Assembly (NCBI RefSeq): GCF_009914755.1
Contig: NC_060940.1
DNA length: 64,000 nucleotides
Reading direction: 5' to 3' (one strand)
From: the human T2T-CHM13v2.0 reference genome, Homo sapiens
Part shown: positions 1-16,727 of the stretch, piece by piece
How positions within the stretch are numbered: the first letter of the stretch is position 1
How the letters are laid out: the number at the start of each line of letters is the position of its first letter
Notes under the pieces: model-generated
Database searches by the model: none
What the model was told of the DNA's origin: nothing
The model's input: the letters and a program-made list of their open reading frames with translations, nothing else
Made by a program: the position numbers and the translations under genes

Positions 1-325
1 GCCTCATGATCGCTCCTGCAGAGCAGGGCTACCCCATAAACAGTGCGTTGAAAGTAGCAGCCTAGGGTCAGGTCTGCAGTCATAGTTATACCCAATTTTA
101 ATTACATGCAAATGAAGAGGCGTGTTTTTCAGAAACGTCTAGAAAAAGGATGGCAACTTCCCGGTCATTGCTATGAAAAAGGGTGGTAACTTCTGGGAGT
201 TGCCGTGGCAATGGTCAACTGACCTGGCACTGGTGGGCGTGTCTTCTGGAAAGGTGCTTTTGCCCCTTCCCTCTTTCAGCCAGTCTTCAGTCTGGTCCAG
301 AGTAAAGTCCCACCTCCTACCTCAC
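1..325 (-). mobile_element. ERV1-class LTR fragment (MER66-like), truncated by window edge
   Basis: Reverse complement starts TGAGGTAGGAGGTGGGAC; homologous to 31718-32143. Confidence 0.6.
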
Positions 326-491
326 TTGCATATCTCTTCCTTACTTCTCAACATCACATCAGTAGCTTGAAATTAACCGTGGTGGGAGTATTTACACCAC
401 AATAATAAGCAAACGCTACGAGTCAGAGTTTAGTTGTTTTTGTTTTTGTTTTCGGAAAGCTGGTTGTTAAACATTCACCAGCACACCACTG
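326..491 (+). mobile_element. MER63 (hAT-Blackjack) fragment
   Basis: Contains gcttgaaattaaccgtggtgggagtatttacaccac and ends gttaaacattcaccagcacaccactg; homologous to 63489-63702. Confidence 0.65.
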
Positions 492-1214
492 GTAGACTAG
501 CAGAACAGGAGGGTAATTAAGAGCACAGGCACTGTAACCAGACAGACTGGGAAGCCTGCACATATTTAGCCTTGCTGAACCTCAATTTCATGATCTGTAA
601 AATGGGCTGAGCCGCCTGAAAGGGATTCATTCAGCTTCAGTGCTCTCATTGTACAAAATGCTCAGCACAGTTTCAGGGACATAGAAAACCCTCCTTAAAA
701 ATGGCAATAACCATGCTGCTGGTGCCACTATGACAGGGCTCCAGGTTTCTCCTCCTGACGTTGTCTTCCCAGTCAGGCATAAGCGGCTGAAAAGAGACAC
801 TCAGGGGCAAAGTGAAGCTGAATATATATAGTTTCAGAAGTGCCAAAGTCAAGAAGAAAATTTCTACAACTTCTCATCTTTGCCAACTTACTTTTTGGGT
901 GTTTGTTAAAGAAATTGAATTCAAAAAGCCCAGTCATTCTAGAAGGATTTTTCAATAATTGCCTTTTTTCCCTTCAGATGTTCAGAGATTATTTCCGCCA
1001 CCATTGAGATACAGATAAAAAGGAAGTCAAGTGTTTCAGTGCCAAGCCCAGCCTGCCTCATGAGCAGGGAGGTTATAACAAGAAGATAGCTGTCTCCGAG
1101 AAAAGCTAATCCATCGTTTTCATGTCCAACCTTTACAAATTGTGCCCGTGTGGCAGAGTTTGAATCACTCTCTCTAACAGCCTCTGAAAACAAATGCAAA
1201 ACCTTTCAAGTTCA

Positions 1215-1599
1215 TTCAAAGTCATTACAGCACTTTCCAGAACTGAATCAATTACTGTAACCTCTGTGGGTGTGTAAAATATGAAATTACCAGCACCCTC
1301 ACAGAGCCACAGAATTGGTAAATTAGCAAACATTGATTATGGGAGCTTTGCGAGCAGCCCCTGGTGTATTAAGTGTCTTGATGACAAACAGCAATATATT
1401 ATTTGTGATATTTTGCTTGATGAAATTGTCTTGTCCGTTAACGGTGCTTTGCCTCAGTTACAGCTGATTTTGCCATCTCAGAAATTGACATGGGGGTTGA
1501 GCTTACCATGTTGTCAGTGACAAAAATAAGACAATCCAATTGTTCTGATAGAACCAGTATTTATTTTGTATCACAATCAAGTTGAGAGTTCGGGCTTTC
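1215..1599 (+). repeat. Local duplication A, source copy (385 bp)
   Basis: Ungapped match to 2690-3074, about 20 mismatches by manual count (~95%). Confidence 0.95.
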
Positions 1600-1824
1600 C
1601 AAATGAGCTCACCACGGTTTCTCCTCTCTGGACGCTGTGGGTCATACATCAAGAACAGACTATTATTTAAACTCTTTCCATGTGGGAGAGCTGTTTGTCC
1701 TTCTCATCACTCCCTTCTCATAATCCATTCCTTACCTTCCTTCCCCCTTGTTATCCTATGGATCCACTTTCTGAGCCAGGTTGACTAAGGGCAGGATCAC
1801 TGTACACTAAAAGGTCAGTGTCTC

Positions 1825-2175
<351 letters not shown>

Positions 2176-2609
2176 TCAAAGCAAAAAGATAAGCTTCAGA
2201 TTGTCTTTTCTTGGAATGGAGACAGAAAAACGAACGAATGTGGATAATACCTCCCAATACTAGCACTCTGAGACCTCTTGGGACGTCTATCTGGCTCACA
2301 ATAATGACCCCACTATATAGGAACCCCTTCCTCTGCCAACCCAGTCTCTGCCAACCCAATCATAGCTGAATGATCCCAGGCATGAGCACCTGGCTGGACC
2401 TGGGAAAATCGGATTCCCCACTGGGAATTTGATATTTGGAAGACCAAGATTTAGAAACTGCACGTCATTGGATCTAATGTACTCTAATGAGAAGCATCAT
2501 GGATTCTTGAGCTCATGTCCCAGAGCAGACTTGGTTTTTTCCTTTATTGATTCTTTGTTATCCAATACTTTCTGGGGCTCCTTACGCTATTATGGTACCA
2601 GAGTACTAA

Positions 2610-3237
2610 AGCCCCGTCTTGTTTCTCCTTCACTTTCTGCCATGATTGTAAGTTTCCTGAGGCCTCCCCAGAAGCAGAAGCTGCTATGCTTCAAAGTCAT
2701 TACAGTACTTTCTAGAACTGAATCAATTACCGTAACCTCTGTGGGTGTGTAAAATATGAAATTACCAGCACCCTCACAGAGCCACAGAATTGGTAAATTA
2801 GCAAACATTGATCATGGGAGCTTTGGGAGCAGCCCCTGGTATATTAAGTATCTTGATGACAAACAGCGATATGTTATTTGTCAGATTTTGCTTGATGAAA
2901 TTGTCTTGTCCGTTAATGGTGCTTTGCCTCAGTTACTGCTGATTTTGCCATCTCAGAAATTGACACGGGGGTTGAGCCTACCATGTTGTCAGTGACAAAA
3001 ATAAGACAATCCAATTGTTCTGATAGAGCCAATATTTATTTTGTATCGCGATCAAGATGAGAGTTCGGGCTTTCACCTTCCGCCATGATTGTAAGTTTCC
3101 TGAGGGCTCCCCAGAAGCAGAAGCTGCTGTGCTTCTTGTACAGCCTGCAGAACAGGGAGACAATTAAACATCTTTTTTTTATAAATTACCCAGTCTCAAG
3201 TATATCTTTATAGCAATGCAAGAGCAGATGGATACAC
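2610..3237 (+). mobile_element. MST-type MaLR LTR 3' part, interrupted by duplication A
   Basis: ccatgattgtaagtttcctgaggcctccccagaagc ... ataaattacccagtctcaagtat...tatagcaatgcaag. Confidence 0.8.
2690..3074 (+). repeat. Local duplication A, inserted copy within an MST LTR
   Basis: Copy of 1215-1599 flanked by a 64-bp direct repeat of LTR sequence (2629-2692 / 3072-3135). Confidence 0.95.
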
Positions 3238-3363
3238 CCTCCAATCTAGCCACACCAAAATAATTCCCACCCATCCCCTGGTCTACAAGAAAAGTTAATG
3301 AATATGAGTTAAGTTGGTGCTTTCCCACCAACCCATGAACATTTTCCTGCTACCAACACTTTA

Positions 3364-3696
<333 letters not shown>

Positions 3697-4351
3697 ACTA
3701 TTCCCTCACTGCTCAACTCATGGGCCCTTACAGCAACTAAGCTCATGAAGCCATGAGATCTTCTCTCCAGGGAAGGGAGACAGCAGGGGAAAGTGGAAAA
3801 ACCCCAGCTTTGGTGTCAGGGACACCCAAATTCAAATCCTGCCTCTGCCTGTTAGTGTCTGTGTGCTTTGAGGCTCACTGTTTATCTGAACCTCAGTCCT
3901 CTTGTCTGTGAGATGAGCATAAAATGGACACTTCCCCGTGGATTTGCTGTGAGCACAAAATAAGATAACAACTGTAACACCCAAGCAAGATTTCTAGTCT
4001 GTAGTAAGATTTTTTTTTAATCATGGAATTTTGCGTGTTTTTAGCCAGACTGCATTGAAACTGTATTCTGTGCCTGTACTAAGCCCCTTTCTTGTTCTGT
4101 GTCTTTTTATTCTCACATGGGACCATTGAGGGTGGTAGTTTTGGGCCCCACTATACAGAAAAGGAAACTATGCTCAGGGAGGTTTAGTAACTTGTCCAAA
4201 GCCACAAGCTGCAAACAGCTACTAAAGAGGATCCGATTCTAAATCCACACCATGACTCTGTCTCCCCCCAATACAGGATGCGGAGTTTGGGTCTGTGAGC
4301 TATTTGCAAGTTATTATTTCCCCCTCCTCATCACCTAGACTGGGTCTCTAG

Positions 4352-4664
<313 letters not shown>

Positions 4665-5949
4665 AACTAGTTTCCTGATAGTTTCTGATATGAATTTGTT
4701 CACCCAAAATGCGCACACACACACACACACGCACACACTCTTTCTCTTTTGAAGGAATTCATAAGTTCTGATAAAGGAGGAAGATGCATCTCACATCACC
4801 CCACTCTCCCATTCTGCTGCAGAAGATGTACCTGGCTCATGCACCATGCTGTTCTAGTTAATAGGCATCAACACTCTGCTGCCCCTTCTGACCTGCTCCC
4901 CCAAACATAGACAGCTGTCTCAAAGCATCCAATCACACCCTTCCTCAACCTCTCACACCAAGGGGGAGCATCTCCTGGAAGCCAGAGTTGAGGAGGGGGG
5001 CATGTTTTCACCAAGAGGAGCGCAACAGGCTTTTGACAGATCAGAGTGAATGACTCTCTCTCTTTCTTCACTCTGTTAACATAATGAGGGGATAACCCGG
5101 TATTTAAATCGCAGCCTTGGTGGTAAATCTGCATTGTCAGCTTTCAACATGATTTACAAAATAATTTAAAAATGCATGAACTTTCTTCTTTATAAAGCAT
5201 GAAAGTGCTAAGTTAACTTCTAAATATTTCATAGCCCAAGGTGAGCTCTTTGCCTTCTGGCCATCACTCACTGAGCACGCGCTCTGTGTGTGCTTCTGAA
5301 GACACTCCATTACAGGATGTGTGAATTTGCAAGGCATTCTTGGTAGGGGGGATATTTTGCCTCTGGTCATTTGAGTAATGCTATTGTTTGCCATCCTCCT
5401 GGAAAATGGCTGCTGCAGGAATCCCTGGCAGACTCTAGATCTTGTCTATTTCATGACAGCTGAGCACAGGACTATTGACTTTGAAGGTCCTTCCTGCAAG
5501 GTGGGAAAGGCACTCTCAGAAGAGGGCTTTAGAGAATCGTTCGGAGAGGACAGCAAAATCCTCAGCATCTTGGCTACCTGGAAGAGATTGCAGCTGGCTA
5601 GGGTGAGAAGCAAGGATGACCAAAAATCCTCCATCATTATGGGAAGAGAAGGACAGCTAGACTTGGATGAAGGTTATTTCTCTCTTATCACTAGCTTTCC
5701 ACTCAAGGCTAGGATTATGTGTGCATCCCTGGAGCTAAAAGTTGAGTGCAGCTATTCCAAAATGGTTCTGACCAGGACTCCCCAAAGCCATCTGAGACCG
5801 TTGGCCTAGAGTCAGACCTCTCTCACGTGCAGTTAACCCATTAGTGGAATTGGCTCTTCCTTGTCGCTGGAAGCAGCAAAGTGGCAGCTGGATAACTAGC
5901 AGGGACATTTGTTGAAGAGAATTGAATATCACATGGAGAAGTGGACAGG

Positions 5950-6340
5950 GAGTGTTTCTACGACTGTGGTCCTCAGATCAGCAGCATCAGTGTCATCTGG
6001 GTTGTTTGTTTAAATGCTGATTCCCAGATCCCCCTTCAGATGAACTGAATTGGAATAGGTAGGCAGAGGCACCCAGGAACCTACATTGATAATTAGCTTC
6101 ATTGGTGTTTCTCATGCACACTAAAATTTGAGAACCATTGGGCTTACTAGTAGTTCTGAATCCTAGCTGGACACTGGAATTCTTAAAAGAAAACTTAAAA
6201 AAAAAAAAAAAGTCCTGATGTCTCAAGTCTCACCCCCAGAAATTCTGATTTCATTGACAAACCTGTGTCTTGGGCATGTGGAGAGTTTTCACATCTCCCC
6301 TAGGTGATTCTGAGGTGCAGCCAAGGTTGACCACCACTAA
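5950..6340. mobile_element. Two adjacent MER5-type (hAT-Charlie) elements
   Basis: cagcagcatcag...tttgagaaccattg and gtgattctgaggtgcagccaaggttgaccaccact termini. Confidence 0.65.
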
Positions 6341-6964
6341 GCTAGAAGAATTTTAGGCTCTTGGATTTCTATGAATTAGTATTTGCACTCAACCTGAAAT
6401 TCTCTAAGTGATGGAATGCACGTCACTTCACCAGGTAGTTCCTTCTTTGACTGATGGTTCTAATTGTGAAACCTAATTTTTTCAGCTGAACTGAAATTTT
6501 ACTCCATACCAATTCTATTTCCTGGTCCCAGTTGCCTTGAGATCAAGTCATCCCAGTTAACAAACTGTACAGTTGAAATTTGCATTAGCTTTTTCCTGCC
6601 ACATCCTTTTTTTGCCTCCAATTTCTCATCTCCTTCCCACCCTCTAATCTCACCTGATAGCCAGTGCCCTAATCTCTCTGCCTCCATGAAAACTCACTCT
6701 CAGCAAAGTATCTGAGATGAGCTGATTGCTCACTGGCATGATCGAGTCAATTGAGGGGGTGAGTATTGCGGAGACCTGGCTCCACATGGCTCTATCCCTG
6801 TGGGACCTTGGACGTGACCCTTTCAGTCTCTGGGTCTCAGAGTTCCCATCTCTAGAGCTAGTAGGACTAGTCTAGATTAGTTCTTAAAACTCTTTCAGCT
6901 CCCATAATCTAATCTGGGAAGGACTAGACTGGGAAGCATAGGAGCAATAGCTAATGTAGCCAAT

Positions 6965-7208
6965 GGAAAGAGAATGAGAGAGAAGAAAGGAAAGAAGGAG
7001 ACAGGGAAGGAAAGAGAAAGGAAGACAGCGAGGGAGACAGAGAGGAGAGAAAGAAAGCAGGAAGGAAGGAAGAAGGGAAGGTGGGATGGATGAAGGGAGG
7101 TAAGGGGGGACGGATGAAGAGAGGGAAGGGAATGTAGTTAACCAATAGAGGAGGATGGGAGGGAGAGAGAGAATTGGGATTGGGGAGGAAGTTTGGAAAA
7201 GAAGGAGG
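6965..7208 (+). repeat. GA-rich low-complexity tract
   Basis: Purine runs (GGAA/GGAG/GAGA). Confidence 0.85.
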
Positions 7209-7497
7209 GGCCGGGCATTGCGGCTCATGCTCATAACCCCAGCACTTTGGGAGGCCGAGTCAGATGAATTGCTTGAGGCCAGGAGTTTGAGACCAGCCTG
7301 GCCAACACAGAGAAACCCCCACATCTACTAAAAATGCAAAAATTAGCAGGGTGTGTTGGCATACGCATATAATCCCAGCTACTCAGTAGGCTGAGGCAAG
7401 AGAATGGCTTGAAGTGGGAGGCGGAGTTTGCAGTGAGCCGAGACCATGCCACTTCACTGCAGTCCAAGCAGCAGAGTGAGACTCTGTCTCAAAAAAC
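7209..7497 (+). mobile_element. AluS
   Basis: Alu consensus. Confidence 0.9.
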
Positions 7498-8043
7498 AGG
7501 ACGGAGGGAAGAAGGAAGGGAGGGAGGGAGGAGTGAGGAAAAAAAGGGAGGCCCATTGCAGCCTTTTGAAAACTTTCTAATGCATTAAGCAAAATATTTT
7601 GAAAATGTAGACAACAACACTACTCTTTATATAGTTACTTATTACACAGTGCTAGTGTGCTGTTTGAATCACAAATTGCATGCTAATGGCCTAATTCATA
7701 AACCATTGACATTCTTTATGAGTCCTTAGCATTCAGAGATGAAGAATTTCTGTTCAAAATATAATTTGCATTGCAAAATTCAATAATTTAGTTTCTCATA
7801 TTCATTAATGCCTAAAACCACAACACATAACTTATCCCATTCCAACACCCTCCTTGGAACACTGCAAAAAGAAGTGTTTCAGCTGGGAAATCAAGTACTG
7901 CTTTTTATGGCCACGTTTGAAACTGCTGTGAGAGTTATCACAAGGGAAGCCATGTTGGTTTTCTTCAAGGAGTGGGCACTGAAGGATTCTGCCACAGCAA
8001 GATAGCAGAGGTAGAAGGGCCTCTTGCACCCATGCAGAAGTTT

Positions 8044-8243
8044 ATTTAACCTTCCCAATCTCAGGAACCCCGTCTGAGACCAAAGTTCCTGCTGAAAGAG
8101 ATGTGTGATTTTTGGTGAACTCATCCATAGAAAACTCAATGAAGTGACCAGTGTAACATTCAAAGTAACAATTGAATAATTCATGGGACACTCAGTTGAA
8201 TAGTCTGTGGAATCCTCAATGAAATGATCAATGTAACAGTCAA
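8044..8243 (+). repeat. Inverted duplication B, copy 1 (200 bp)
   Basis: Reverse complement of 10114-10313, ungapped, about 20 mismatches (~90%). Confidence 0.93.
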
Positions 8244-9108
8244 CCGAATAGTCCATGAGAAAACTGAATAGTCTGTGAAGCACTCAGAGGGATTGTCAAT
8301 TAGATATTTAATGGAAAGGGATGTAAAATTCTTTGTGAACTAGAAATGAGGAACATTCCCTTGGCAGATAGCTCTGTTATGAGATAGGAAACCTACCTCA
8401 TGTAGATGAGAAGTAAAGTTGAATTCATAACAGCTCTAGCTGTTTTTGTTTCCTAGTATAAGTGAGGCACTGAAAATCTGTTGGAAGAAAGAACGGAGAG
8501 GTGGATTGCTTATGGAAGAGCCAGTGGGAATGCTTACCTGGCTCAGGTGCCCCTAGTAACGTCTTTTGTGGTACTACGTAGGGTTCAGCTCCAACACACC
8601 AATCTTGATTTGATGGGTTTTAATTAGAATGTGCTAATATAAATTTTTCTTTTGAAACAATGCGTAGGCTGCTCAGAACCCAGATCCTAGTATTGAGACA
8701 ATAAAATTAAATGAACGTAACTCCTAGAGTCAAAAGTCCTGCATTTTAATTTTCACTCTGCCTCTAGCCCTCTGTGTAAACTTGTCCAAGCCACATCCTC
8801 TCTCTGGGACTTATAAATAGGGAAGTTTGGATGTCGTGATCTCTAAAAACTCTTTCAACACTAAAACTTCTAGGACTTCTGAATCTGACCCTAGTATTAT
8901 GATCGAAATTGGACACCAGTCACTCCTGTCTGGGTGTGCTTGCCTCCCAGAGCTGCTATCCAAGGCCATGAAAGGTGAAAGGCCAAACACCTTACTAAAA
9001 TTACATTCTAGGGGTCCATTAAAGAGAACGACGTGTCTCATTTAGTGCTGTATTCCAGATGCTCAACCTACAACCTGAATATCATTAGTGCTCAAGAAAT
9101 AATCATTC

Positions 9109-10080
<972 letters not shown>

Positions 10081-10113
10081 GAATTGTTGAATGAATGGAG
10101 TATGAAGTACCAA

Positions 10114-10313
10114 TTGAGTGTTACATTGATTATTTCACTGAGGGTTCCACAGACTATTCAACTGAGTGTCCCATGAACTATTGACTTGTTACCTTGAATG
10201 TTACATTGGTTACTTCATTGAGTTTTCCATAGACCAGCTTACCGAAAATCACACATCTCTTTCAGCAGGAACTTTGGTCTCAGATGGGTTTCCTGTGATT
10301 GGGAAGGTTAAAT
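10114..10313 (-). repeat. Inverted duplication B, copy 2
   Basis: Reverse complement of 8044-8243. Confidence 0.93.
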
Positions 10314-12413
10314 GTGCTCCTTGGAAGAGAGTCATCCCGGGAAAGTGATACCTGTCCAGGAGAAGGACGCAATCAGGCATTTCAGAAAGCAACTCCAGTG
10401 TGACTCCTGCTGCTGTGACATCTGACCACGAAAGGCAACCCTTCTGCCTGGCACCCAGTACCTCTTTGTGAAGCCTGAAAATGGCTCTCGTTTTGAGATT
10501 TGCTTCACTTCTCCCTCCTTCTGTCCCTGCAAAACTCTAGCCCTGCAGCCTTGCCATGAGAGCAAGTCATTCATCAGAAAATCTGAAATATTTATTATGT
10601 ATATTTTAAAGGCCAAAGTGCTACATCATTGAGCTCTGCCCAGATGGGGACAAGGTTTCGCAGTGTGATGACTGGGGTAAGGATGTGCCGGACAAAACTG
10701 CAGACAATTAATCTGTGCAAATGTAATTCTTCAAAGGCGACCGGAGGACTCGCTTAAGCGCCAAAGACAAACCAGTCCATAATGACCATCATTAAAATTT
10801 AATGCAATTTGCTTATTTGAAAAAAAAAAAGGAATTCTTCATGTCCTCTATAGCTATCACTTATCATACTCCTACAGGGATAATGTGAGAAGTGGGAGCA
10901 GGTGGAGGGTGTAGAATTGCTTTGAGGGCTAATCATGAGCCAAATTCTGCTGGGAGGGTCTCTCCAATGCACCTACATCCGTAGACATCCCTCTCTCCTG
11001 TTCCCATCACTACTTTTCCTTTGGCAGTGAAAGAAAAAATAGTAATGGGGTGGTACATCAGATGGGATAACACACGCAAGTGCTTGGTGGGGGTGCTGAA
11101 GGCAGAGGTGCTGGTGGATAGGTGAGCAACATGGTGGTTGTTACTGACTTTGAGCAAGTCCTTTGATCCTCAGGACTCTCACTTATAAAATCTACAAATG
11201 TACTTGGCACATGGTCAACATTGAATTCATGCAACTATCATCAGAGTTATCATCGCTATGGTTGTACTCCTAGATACTGGCTGTGGGCCTTTGGGCAAAT
11301 CTCCTAAGATTTTCATGAAGCGGAATTATTACTGTGTCTTCCCCATTGGGATCTTGGGAAGATTAGACAAAGTAACATGTGCCCAGCACTTAGGTCCCTG
11401 TGCAAGTTCAGAGAACAGCTACTCCTGTCATCATCCCCTTCTCCATCGGTCTCAGTGACTGACTTTCTCCTAACGTCAAGACTCGCTTTGGAACTGGGGC
11501 TGGTGCTGAGATGCTATGGTGGGGAGTGGTGGTGGAGGGGTGTGAGTGGTGGGAAGTCTCACCATCTGAGTGTCCTCTGTGCCTAGTCTCTGAGTCTCTG
11601 TGTCCCCCATCAATAAACAGGGGCATATATTGGAACCACATACTTCATAAGCCTTGTTTTGAAATAAAATGCAGTCATAGATACTAAGGCACTAGGAAGG
11701 GTTAAAAGCTCTATATAAATATAAGGTGTTGATGGTTATTGTTTATTAAGTAGCAAGGACTTTTTTATTATTACTTTGATTCCTCTAGCCCTGAGATAGC
11801 AGATAAATCAGAAAAATGTCAAGTCAGAGTGAAACATAGATCTCCAGGAACCAGGGTACAGAGCTTCATCGGGATTTTTTTTTCTTCTTACAATCTTCGC
11901 TGAAAGACATTTGAAGGGAAGTTAATAATTGAAACATAATGAATAATTGCAGTTTGGGGTCCATAGCACAATCATAATTGCCAGTTTATTACTTTTTTAA
12001 TACATTTGCCAAGTATTAATAATATTGAAATAATGCAAGAAGATCATGGGAAATAAATGAAATATATCATTTGTCAAGGAAAAAGGATTTCCAAACTGTA
12101 GGCACTGATCTTATGAGTTCTGTGATGAATGTGGCATTGCAGCAAATCCTTCGTCGTGGGAACGTCACCTGCAAATTTTGGTTCCTGCATAATTCTCATC
12201 AAGTCAAATAAAGGTGATGGTATGGGAGACTCACTGCGTAGGGAGCCCTGCCATGTTTCATGTGCTGCCTGGGGTGTGTGGAACACAAAGGGCTGAGAAT
12301 CACAATACCCATGTTTTAGCCCCGGCTCTTTGGTTCGATCCTGAGCAAGTGTCTTATTAAGTCCTCATGGTCAAAATGAAAGATAAAAGCTTCAAAAATG
12401 AAGGGAGTGGGGA

Positions 12414-12887
<474 letters not shown>

Positions 12888-13390
12888 CTAAAATGAGAAG
12901 GTTGACTTGAGTGAAGGCTTGTAACCTCGGTATCTCAACATTAGGGAATAATGACTAGCAATGGGGAGAGTCACAACTAATTTATTACTAAAATCAGCTC
13001 AAGTAATGAAGTCTTCAATAAATTGCTTAAACAAATTAAAGTGGATTCAAAGATCCCTCTGACAAAGCCATTCTTGCACCCTTAAGTTCAGATGCTTATT
13101 CTTTTTCTTTTTCTTTTTTTATTTTGGTTTGTTTTTGTTTGTTTGTTTGTTTGTTTTGGGTTTTTTGCTTCCATGTTTTAATCATGTACCAGGCATTTAG
13201 CTCAGGAAAAGGGGAGGACTCCCAGTTGAGGCACTGGGAATCACCACTGTTCATGGTCTAATTATCCACCCTTAGTCAGTAGTAAAAGGCAGAGCAGGTG
13301 TGAAGGGCACTTGTTTGTTTCAAAATAAAGATAATATTTCCTTTGTCCTGGCTGTAGGAATCACACATTTTTACTTTTATTAAACATACA

Positions 13391-13990
13391 GGCCAGGTGC
13401 AGTGGCTCACACCTGTAATTCCATCAGGTGTGAGCCAAAGTGGGAGGATCATTTGAGCCCAGGAGTTGGAGACCAGCCTGGGCAACAAGATGAAACCCTA
13501 TGTCTACAAAAAATTTAAGAATTAGCTGGACTTGGTGGTGCATACCTGTAGTCCCAGCTTCTTGGGAGGCTGAGGCTGGAAGATCGCATGAGCTCAGAAG
13601 TTGAAGCTGCAGAGAGCTGTGATTGCATCACTGCAGTCCATCCTGGGCAGCAGAGTGAGATCCTGTCTCAAAAAACAAAAACAGGCCAGGCATGGTGGCT
13701 CACACCTGTAATCCCAGCACTTTGGGAGGCCAAGGCCGGCAGATGACCTGAGATCAGGAAGTCAAGACCAGCCTGGCCAACATCATGAAACCCCGTCTCT
13801 ACTAAAAATACAAAAATTAGCCAAGCGCGATGGCACACGCCTGTAGTCCCAGCTACTTGGGAAGCTGAGGCAGAAGAATGGCTTGAACCCGGGAGGCAGA
13901 GGTTTCAGTGAGCCAAGACCTCACTATTACACCCCAGCCTGGGTGACAGAGTGAGACTCCATCTCAAAAACAAACAAACAAACAAAAAAA
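13391..13990 (+). mobile_element. Tandem AluJ (13391-13682) and AluS (13684-13990)
   Basis: Two head-to-tail Alu consensi. Confidence 0.88.
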
Positions 13991-14482
13991 CAAATATATA
14001 TTTATATATGATAATAAATCTGCCACCAGGATATAACTGATGCTAATATTTTAATAAACATTCTTCCCAATTCATATAGCTATTCACATATATGTATAGA
14101 TTCTATTTTTCATAACCATGATAATATCATATGATATCATATGGTGTGAAACTACAATCTGGTTTTATCCGCCATTCTGTTTTATACCAGGAACTTCTTT
14201 CCATGATGGCAAAGCCCTGCAGAAGTTTTCCATTCTATTGATTGACTGTTAATAATTCACCATTGACATCCATGGAGCTATCAAAAAGCAGCTGTAAAAA
14301 AGAACAAGAAAGCTTATTGTGTACTGATATGAACCACCTCCAAGATATGTATAAGCATAAAAGGCAAGGTTAGAACACTGTTTACTTTGCTCCTATTTGC
14401 ATAAAACAAGAGAGAAAAGAAAAAGGAAAGGTGTCATGGCAGGGGTGGGTGGGGGGCAATATTTAAACATTTTTGCCCTGAG

Positions 14483-14775
14483 ACTGGGCGCCGTGACTTA
14501 CACCTGTAATCCTGGCACTTTGTGAGGCCAGGGCAGGTAGATTTCTTGAGCCCAGGAGTTCGAGACCAGCCTGGACAGCATGGTGAGACTGTCTCTACAA
14601 AAAAAAAAAAAAAAAAAAAAACTTCGCTGGTCATGGTGGTGCCTGCTTGTAGTCCCAGCTACTCAGGAGGCTGAAGTAGGAGGATCACTGGAGCCTAGAA
14701 AACCATGATCCTTCCACTGCACTGTAGCCTGGGTGACAGACCAAGATGATGTCTCAAAAATAAAAAAAAAAAAAC
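14483..14775 (+). mobile_element. AluJ
   Basis: Diverged Alu consensus. Confidence 0.85.
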
Positions 14776-14955
14776 AGACATATTTGCTCTGGAGGGGAAG
14801 CCAAAGAATTGATGGTGCTGGTTGTGCTGGGAGATAAGCCAGTGGGCAGATAGAGACCTGAGGCAGGAGAGAAGTGTCATCGTGTTCCCTATTGTACCCA
14901 TGGAATTTTGGACCATATGGCTGTATGAACCTAGACAAAGAATGTGTGTGCTGTG

Positions 14956-15275
14956 GTTTTTTTGTTTGTTTGTTTGTTTTTTGTTTTTTTTTGAGACAGA
15001 GTCTTGCTCTGTCGCCCAGGCTGGAGTGCAGTGGTGCGATCTCAGCTCACTGCAAACTCCACATCTTGGGTCCACGCCATTCTCTTGCCTCAGCCTCCCG
15101 AGCAGCTGCGACTACAGGCGCCCGCCACCACGCCCAGCTAATTTTTGTATTTTTAGTAGAGATGGGGTTTCACCCTGTTAGCCAGGATGGTGTCGATCTC
15201 CTGACCTCGTGATCCGCCCACCTCGGCCTCCCAAGGTGCTGGGATTACAGGTGTGAGCCACCGCGCCCGCCCGGC
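14956..15275 (-). mobile_element. AluY
   Basis: CpG-rich reverse Alu, TSD gtgctgtg.ttttt. Confidence 0.9.
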
Positions 15276-15408
15276 CGTGCTGTGTTTTTATGTTGTATAT
15301 ACTTCATTGCATATGTGTGTGGATGTATGTATTTAATTTGAATACAGTAGATAAATTTGTCTTATATTTAAATTATATCATTTATAATGTATCTGTGTGT
15401 GACTTTGA

Positions 15409-15797
15409 GAAAACAGTTTACCACTGTGTCCTCCATCTCTAGTCAAATGCCTGGAATAAAAGGAGCTCAATAAATATGTACTCAATAACTTCATGTTTGA
15501 ATGAATAAATAAATTCTGATTATTAAATAGCGTATTTGTGAGTTGCGATTTTTTTTAGTTACTTCCACTTTTTTCAGTTTGGGTGTTCGGTCACAATCTG
15601 GGCATTGCCATGGAACATGTGACCCATATGAATAACGTCTGCCTGGTGTGCGGTGCTGAATAAACGTTTGAGGATCCCTGGGCCAACTGCCCTCAGGGTG
15701 CTTCCAGCTGATATAATCTTGAATTCCAGGATGTGATCTGGAAGACACAAGATTCGGGAGTCCTTTTCCTCTGAGAAGGGAATAGAGGGGTGGGAGG
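15409..15797 (+). repeat. Fold-back palindrome C, left arm
   Basis: Reverse complement aligns to 16001-16727 (minus the Alu); inner 227 bp ungapped at ~78%. Confidence 0.9.
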
Positions 15798-16000
15798 TAG
15801 AGAAGCTAGAAGCAGAATCCCAACCCAAGACCCACTTACCCAGAATACTTGCCCCTGGCCCGAGTGACTGCTCCAGCTCCGCAAAGCCTCCTTCTCTCTC
15901 TGACCCTCATCAGACCCAGAGGAGGGCTCTGCCTCCTGCAAGCAGCCTCACATGCCTGGACAGATCTTCCCTGCAGGCTCACACCACCCTCTCCTTCCAT

Positions 16001-16727
<727 letters not shown>

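Noticed and set aside
8115-8290. CRISPR-like repeat-spacer array
   Set aside because: Eukaryotic context; degenerate head-to-tail units with no constant repeat and unique spacers, and no cas genes.
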